Shown here piece after piece: positions 58,752 to 64,000 of a stretch of 64,000 nt of DNA. Under the pieces are notes generated by a model, which was not told the origin of the DNA, searched no databases, and saw nothing but the letters and a program-made list of their open reading frames with translations. The stretch lies in contig JAXGMI010000001.1 of assembly GCA_040768745.1 (NCBI GenBank), positions 384,001 through 448,000 on the forward strand. The letters run 5' to 3'. Within the stretch, counting starts at the first letter, position 1. Each line of letters starts with the position of its first letter. Source of the stretch: Desulfomicrobium sp. Lineage in GTDB: Bacteria; Desulfobacterota; Desulfovibrionia; Desulfovibrionales; Desulfomicrobiaceae. A program made the translations under genes and the position numbers.

Positions 58752-59705
58752 ATGGCCATGTCCAGGTCCGCCCGAGGCTACACAGCCGCCCTTGTCAGCG
58801 CCATCTTCCTTTCCACCACCTCCATATTCATCCGCTACCTCGTCACGAACTTCGACATGCCTCCTCTCATTCTGGCCTTCTGGCGCAACGTCTTTGTCAT
58901 CGCCACCCTGGTGCCGGCCATGCTCCTCATCAACCCCCGCCTGTTGCGCGTGGAGTTGCGCCACATCCCCTTCCTGGCCATGTTTGGATCCATGATGGGG
59001 GCCTTCAACGGCCTGTGGGCCATTTCCGTGGCCAACAACGGCGCGGCCGTGGCCACGGTCATGGTCTACTGCTCCGTGGCCTACACCGCCGTCCTGGGCT
59101 GGAAGTTCCTGGGCGAGAGCATGGGATGGCTGAAAATCTCGGCCATCGCCCTGTGCATGGGCGGCTGTGCCCTCATCTCCGGGGCGCTGAACGCCGTGAC
59201 CTGGCAGGTCAATTTCCTCGGCATCGTTGCGGGTCTGCTGACAGGGATGTGCTACACCGCCTACAGTCTGATGGGGCGGATGACCTCGGAACGCGGCATC
59301 TCGCCGTGGACGACCCTCCTCTATATCTTCACCTTCGCTGTCCTCTTCCTCTTCCTGGTCAACCTCAGCGGCGGGCGCATCCCCGGTTCGGCCACCAACC
59401 TCGCGGACCTTTTCTGGCTGGGCGACAGCGTCAGGGGCTGGGCCGTGATGGTCCTCCTGGGCGCCATCCCCACGGTGGGTGGCTACGGATTCTACAACGT
59501 GAGCCTGTGCCTGCTGGACGCGAGCATCGCCAACATCATCGTGTCCCTGGAGCCGGCCTTCACCGCTGTCTTCGCCTATCTCATCCTGGCCGAGGTTCTG
59601 ACCCCCGTGCAGATGTTGGGCGGAGCCCTCCTCCTCTCGGGCGTGGCCGCCATCAAGTTGGCGGACTTGCGCAAAACCGCTCTCCCCGTGCCACAGGAAG
59701 CATGA
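58752..59705 (+). CDS. DMT/EamA family transporter
   Basis: About 10 TM segments, LEPAFT; divergent from MocR regulator. Confidence 0.88.
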   Translation: MAMSRSARGYTAALVSAIFLSTTSIFIRYLVTNFDMPPLILAFWRNVFVIATLVPAMLLINPRLLRVELRHIPFLAMFGSMMGAFNGLWAISVANNGAAVATVMVYCSVAYTAVLGWKFLGESMGWLKISAIALCMGGCALISGALNAVTWQVNFLGIVAGLLTGMCYTAYSLMGRMTSERGISPWTTLLYIFTFAVLFLFLVNLSGGRIPGSATNLADLFWLGDSVRGWAVMVLLGAIPTVGGYGFYNVSLCLLDASIANIIVSLEPAFTAVFAYLILAEVLTPVQMLGGALLLSGVAAIKLADLRKTALPVPQEA

Positions 59706-59730
59706 AGCCCCGCAGGGCGGGGCTTCATGC
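59700..59730. terminator. 14-bp stem hairpin between convergent genes
   Basis: gcatgaagccccgc-agg-gcggggcttcatgc. Confidence 0.65.
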
Positions 59731-59749
59731 GCTGCGCCAAAGCAGCAGT

Positions 59750-60382
59750 TTATCTGGCTTCAGCTTCCCTGCGCACCATACGGATCAGTTCCGTCATGTT
59801 GCTGACCTCTGTCACCTTCCAATGCCCCTGCTGCTGGCGCTTGAGTCGCATCTGCAACGGATAACTGCGTTCGCTGCCATGATCATACATGCGGGCCGTG
59901 GCTGTGGCCGTGTCAGCCTTGGGACTGTCGCAGCGCACGGAGCGCAGTTCTTTGCGGGCCGTGGATGCATCGGCGAACAGGGCGGAAAGGATACCTCCGT
60001 TGGGCAGGTTTTTGGACCTTGAGGGCTGGCCGGAAAAATTCCCCGATGCCACACCCCAGACCACGAACTTCCGTGTCTCCTCGATCAGCAGCAGCCTCAT
60101 GGACTGGGCGGCCTGCGTCTCCCGGCCCGCGGCCAGGCCCCCTGACAGCATTTCCAGCAGGGGATCGCCCTCCCCTCCGGGCGGATTGCTGGCGAAATCG
60201 GCGATGAACTCATCCACCCCCTTGGTGATGACGCCGCCCACATCCAGGTATTTTTCCAGCAGGACCGGATCGTTGCTGTCCACGGCCCGTTGGATTCCAA
60301 CCAGGGCCTTGTCCGGGGCCTCGGCCGCGGCAGTCGGCATGGCCGCAACACAAATCCATAGCAAAATATACCACATCCGCAT
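59750..60382 (-). CDS. Hypothetical exported protein
   Basis: Signal peptide; AAGGAGG RBS. Confidence 0.7.
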   Translation of the reverse strand: MRMWYILLWICVAAMPTAAAEAPDKALVGIQRAVDSNDPVLLEKYLDVGGVITKGVDEFIADFASNPPGGEGDPLLEMLSGGLAAGRETQAAQSMRLLLIEETRKFVVWGVASGNFSGQPSRSKNLPNGGILSALFADASTARKELRSVRCDSPKADTATATARMYDHGSERSYPLQMRLKRQQQGHWKVTEVSNMTELIRMVRREAEAR

Positions 60383-60783
60383 GGGTTTCCTCCTTCGAAG
60401 TTCATCCGGCTCCTATCCCACGCCGGGACGGCCCGTCCAGAGGGGGGTTCCAGGGAGAAAAACCGGCTGATTCCATTCCCGGGGTTCAAGAACCGGGGTG
60501 GCCAAAATCCAGGACGAGCTGTTGTCCGTGGTCCCAACACCTCCCTGAAAAAGCCCTCCCTGGCCGCGAACCCCGAGGATGGAGAAAAACCACCACGCAT
60601 GCATTGGCCCCCGCCGGTTCGTCCGCACGGGGGGGCGCCTTGCGGATGCACGTATCGATATCATTTTCCCGATGCCGGCCTTGATGCCCATGCCGGAGGC
60701 CACCGAAGGGAGAACCCGTGGACCACAAACCTCAGGGCAACAGGTATGGCGGCCATCTTCTCTGGAAATCGAGATGTCCGCCT

Positions 60784-61023
60784 TTATCCTCTCTTCACCT
60801 CCAAGGCGTCCTCGAAAAAGGCAGTCATCAAAAAATTCTTTCCCGCGATGTTCAACGTCTCCTCCTGTCCTGGAAAAAGCTCCATGACCGAGTTGAAACT
60901 GTCCCCCACAAAAATGGCCTTGGCTTCGCCATTGCTTTCCCAGCGGACCACAGTCCCGTCGTCGAGGGCGAGAAGTTCCCCGTCATGTAAGCGAACAGGC
61001 AGATCCTTTTCTGAATATTCCAT
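60784..61023 (-). CDS. Small hypothetical protein
   Basis: GGAGG RBS; 79-aa ORF. Confidence 0.65.
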   Translation of the reverse strand: MEYSEKDLPVRLHDGELLALDDGTVVRWESNGEAKAIFVGDSFNSVMELFPGQEETLNIAGKNFLMTAFFEDALEVKRG

Positions 61024-61222
61024 TGTGTACCTCCGCAATAGATTTTCAAAACACCACGAAATTTTGGGAAATCATAGCAAAGCGCAGGCCGGGGTCAAGG
61101 ACAGATGCGGATAATATTCGTGGGTCGGGACTGTCCCGGGCTTTCTTGACGTATGCAGGGATCACGCCTAGTGGCTCCTAGGCCATTTTGGCCTGAGGAT
61201 CCATGAATACAATGAGACGACG

Positions 61223-62818
61223 ATGAGCCAACTCGAAAAAGAGATACGCCACAATGTGGAGAATCGCCGGACCTTCGGCATTATCAGCCATCCCGACGCC
61301 GGCAAGACGACCTTGACCGAAAAACTCCTTCTTTTCGGCGGTGCCATCAACATGGCCGGCACGGTCAAGGCCCGCAAGGCCTCCCGCCACGCCACGTCGG
61401 ACTGGATGAAAATGGAGCAGGAACGCGGCATCTCCGTGACCACCTCGGTCATGAAGTTCGAGTACCGCGGCTATGACATCAATCTGCTGGACACTCCCGG
61501 CCACGAGGACTTCTCCGAAGACACCTACCGCGTCCTGACCGCCGTGGACTCGGCCCTGCTGGTCATCGACAGCGCCAAGGGCGTCGAGGCCCAGACCCGC
61601 AAGCTCATGGACGTCTGCCGCATGCGCAACACGCCCATCATGACCTTCATCAACAAGCTCGACCGCGACGGCCTGGAGCCCCTGGACGTCCTGGCCGACA
61701 TCGAGGAGCACCTGGGCATCGAGTGCGCCCCCCTGAGCTGGCCTATCGGCATGGGCAAGGGCTTCAAGGGCACCTACTCCATCTACAAGCGCCAGATCCA
61801 CCTCTTCTCGGCCACCCACGGCGGCCGCATCCAGCAGGGCGTGGTCATCGACGACGTGAACGACCCCAAGCTCGACGAACTGCTCGGCCTGCAGGCCCAG
61901 GACCTGCGCCGCGACCTGGAGCTGCTGGAGGGCGCCGGCAACCCCTTCTCCGTGGAGCGCTACCTGGCCGGGACCCAGACCCCGGTCTTCTTCGGCAGCG
62001 CCATCAACAATTTCGGCGTGCAGGAGATGCTCGACACCTTCGTCGAGCTGGCCCCCCACCCGCGCCCGCGCCCGGCCGTGACCCGCGAGGTCTCGCCCTT
62101 CGAGGAGGAGTTCTCGGGCGTGGTCTTCAAGATCCAGGCGAACATGGACAAGGCCCACCGCGACCGCATCGCCTTCCTGCGCATCTGCTCGGGCAAGTAC
62201 GTCAAGGGCATGAAGATCCGTCACCACCGCATCGGCAAGGACGTGCAGATATCAAACGCCACCATCTTCATGGCCCAGGACCGCACGGGCGTGGAGGAGG
62301 CTTATGCCGGCGATATCATCGGCCTGCACAATCACGGCACCATCCGCATCGGCGACACCTTCTCGACCAAGGAGGAGCTCAAGTTCACGGGCATCCCGAG
62401 TTTCGCGCCCGAGCATTTCCGCAAGGTCATCCTGAAGAGCCCGCTGAAGGCCAAGCAGTTGCAGAAGGGCCTGGAGCAGTTGGCCGAGGAGGGCGCCGTG
62501 CAGGTCTTCAGGCCCATGATCGGCAACGACTACATCCTGGGCGCCGTAGGCGTGCTGCAGTTTGACGTCATCGTTTCGCGTCTTAAAGATGAGTATGCAG
62601 TGGACGCCATCTACACCCCGGTCAACCTCTCGGCCGCGCGCTGGGTCCACTGCGACGACAAGCCCCTGCTCGGCCGTTTCCAGAAGGACCTGCTCCACTC
62701 CCTGTCCACAGACTCCGAGGGCAACCTCGCCCTGCTGGTGGACAGCGCCTGGCGCCTGGAATACATCATGGAACAGTGGCCGGACATCACCTTCCACTCC
62801 ACGCGGGAAAAGAACTGA
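61223..62818 (+). CDS. prfC: Peptide chain release factor 3
   Basis: [43 protein letters not shown]. Confidence 0.98.
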   Translation: MSQLEKEIRHNVENRRTFGIISHPDAGKTTLTEKLLLFGGAINMAGTVKARKASRHATSDWMKMEQERGISVTTSVMKFEYRGYDINLLDTPGHEDFSEDTYRVLTAVDSALLVIDSAKGVEAQTRKLMDVCRMRNTPIMTFINKLDRDGLEPLDVLADIEEHLGIECAPLSWPIGMGKGFKGTYSIYKRQIHLFSATHGGRIQQGVVIDDVNDPKLDELLGLQAQDLRRDLELLEGAGNPFSVERYLAGTQTPVFFGSAINNFGVQEMLDTFVELAPHPRPRPAVTREVSPFEEEFSGVVFKIQANMDKAHRDRIAFLRICSGKYVKGMKIRHHRIGKDVQISNATIFMAQDRTGVEEAYAGDIIGLHNHGTIRIGDTFSTKEELKFTGIPSFAPEHFRKVILKSPLKAKQLQKGLEQLAEEGAVQVFRPMIGNDYILGAVGVLQFDVIVSRLKDEYAVDAIYTPVNLSAARWVHCDDKPLLGRFQKDLLHSLSTDSEGNLALLVDSAWRLEYIMEQWPDITFHSTREKN

Positions 62819-62829
62819 CCCGGGGGAAC

Positions 62830-63720
62830 ATGGCCCTTCTCTTCACTTTTCTTCTTCTCCTTCTCCTCCCCCAGGACGCCCTGGCCTGGGGACCAGGGGT
62901 ACACATGGCCATCGGCAACAACGTCCTGGCCCACCTGCACCTCTTCGCCCCGGCCCTGGCCGGGGCGTTGACCGCCCACCCCGAGCAGTACCTGTACGGC
63001 TGCCTCTCAGCCGACATCTTCATCGGCAAAGGATGCACGTTCACGCCGACCCACTCCCACAACTGGGACATGGGACGGGTTCTGCTGCGCCAGGCCGAGA
63101 GCCCCGAGGCCCAGGCATACGCCTACGGCTATCTCTCCCATTTGGCGGCAGACGTCATCGCCCACAACTACTTCGTGCCCAACATGCTCGGCTTCTCGGC
63201 CGGACGGGGCAAATTCGCCCACACCTATGTGGAGATGCTCGCGGACCTGCAGGTCGAATGCCCACGCAAGCAGGCCTCGCGCATCTTTCGCCTGCCGCAC
63301 CCCGACGCCGATGACACGCTGGTGGCGACCATGGGACAAAAAAAAATCCCGTTCTTCATCAAGAAGCGCATCTACCGCCAGAGCCTGAGGCTGGTGGAGA
63401 AGCGCACATACAAGAACTCCCTGCGCGTCTTCCGTGACCTGCTGCCGTTTTCGAGCAAGAAGGTCTTCATCTCCGAGGCCATTTCCTATGCCCAGGACCT
63501 GGTCTTCGATCTTCTGCAGCATCCCATGCGCTCACCGGTTCTGGAATGCGACCCTATCGGCAGCTCGAACCTGAGCCAGATCCGCCGCTTCCAGCGCAGG
63601 CAGCGCCTCTACTATACCCAGCACGGCCAGGGGATCATCTTCCCCCTGGACAGCCGACTTGAACCCTGCCTGCACACATCGGGAGAATCGTATGCGCACC
63701 TTTCTCGCTTTTCTGCGTGA
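62830..63720 (+). CDS. Zinc-dependent phospholipase C family protein
   Basis: Signal peptide then WGPGVH; GYLSHLAAD..AH, H..VE. Confidence 0.85.
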   Translation: MALLFTFLLLLLLPQDALAWGPGVHMAIGNNVLAHLHLFAPALAGALTAHPEQYLYGCLSADIFIGKGCTFTPTHSHNWDMGRVLLRQAESPEAQAYAYGYLSHLAADVIAHNYFVPNMLGFSAGRGKFAHTYVEMLADLQVECPRKQASRIFRLPHPDADDTLVATMGQKKIPFFIKKRIYRQSLRLVEKRTYKNSLRVFRDLLPFSSKKVFISEAISYAQDLVFDLLQHPMRSPVLECDPIGSSNLSQIRRFQRRQRLYYTQHGQGIIFPLDSRLEPCLHTSGESYAHLSRFSA

Positions 63721-64000
63721 CCGCATCACGCTGGTCAAGGACACGGAAAAAGAGGCCCTCAGTCTCTTGCACGAGGGTGGAGACGAAAAGGGATACCGGG
63801 AGGCCATGCGCCGCAAGGCCATGATTCTGGCCAACCTCTCTGCCGACGCGGCACCGCTCCTCCCCGGAGTGCCCATGGGCAAGCGTCCCATGATCGAGCA
63901 CCGCCTGGACGTGTTCTCCCAGAGCGCCCAACGCAGCCTGGACATCGGCAGCGTCTTCTACATGTCCGCCCTGCTCTATCCTGACGACCATCAGCCCGGA
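63692..64000 (+). CDS. Hypothetical protein, runs off window end
   Basis: Open frame MRTFLAFLRDR...SVFYMSALLYPDDHQPG after GGAG. Confidence 0.65.
   Translation, partial: MRTFLAFLRDRITLVKDTEKEALSLLHEGGDEKGYREAMRRKAMILANLSADAAPLLPGVPMGKRPMIEHRLDVFSQSAQRSLDIGSVFYMSALLYPDDHQPG

Noticed and set aside
60413..60780. Small ORF or ncRNA in the 0.4-kb intergenic region
   Set aside because: No recognisable RNA family signature or protein motif; left unassigned.
1..64000. tRNA, rRNA or tmRNA genes
   Set aside because: No convincing T-arm/acceptor or rRNA signatures found by eye in intergenic regions.

Overview
GC-rich chromosomal window, most likely from a Desulfovibrionales sulfate reducer (Desulfomicrobium/Desulfovibrio-like; inferred from gene content and the ileS-lspA-lgt-cpoB-NIL/ferredoxin-PilZ-xerC-GGDEF-HDOD-dprA order). 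Most of it is housekeeping or transport (glcB, infA, rnk, YeeE/YedE pair, M16 peptidase, galE, ileS, lspA, lgt, xerC, dprA, Mla-type ABC, ychF, TrmJ, prfC). Two accessory hotspots stand out. (1) 0.2-8.2 kb: a 69-bp duplicated 3' end of a DUF445 gene flanking yjbQ, a type III R-M operon (mod with AT-rich TRD, dinD, res), and a 5'-truncated rhodanese frame that reads through an in-frame TGA at a C-x4-(U) position (candidate selenoprotein remnant). (2) 42.6-48.1 kb: a RAYT-type HUH/Y1 transposase with C-terminal HTH, bracketed by perfect 23-bp inverted repeats (GGGTCAGATCTTGAATCTTGAAT). A second identical pair brackets a 231-bp non-coding spacer. The repeats are interspersed with compositionally mixed cargo genes, truncated gene fragments, a degenerate second RAYT fragment and an integron attC-like site without integrase. 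This is the best candidate for an undescribed gene-capture or mobilisation system. Next to it lies a radical SAM/ArsM-like methyltransferase/DUF5714 fusion. All family calls come from motif recognition by eye; no searches were run.
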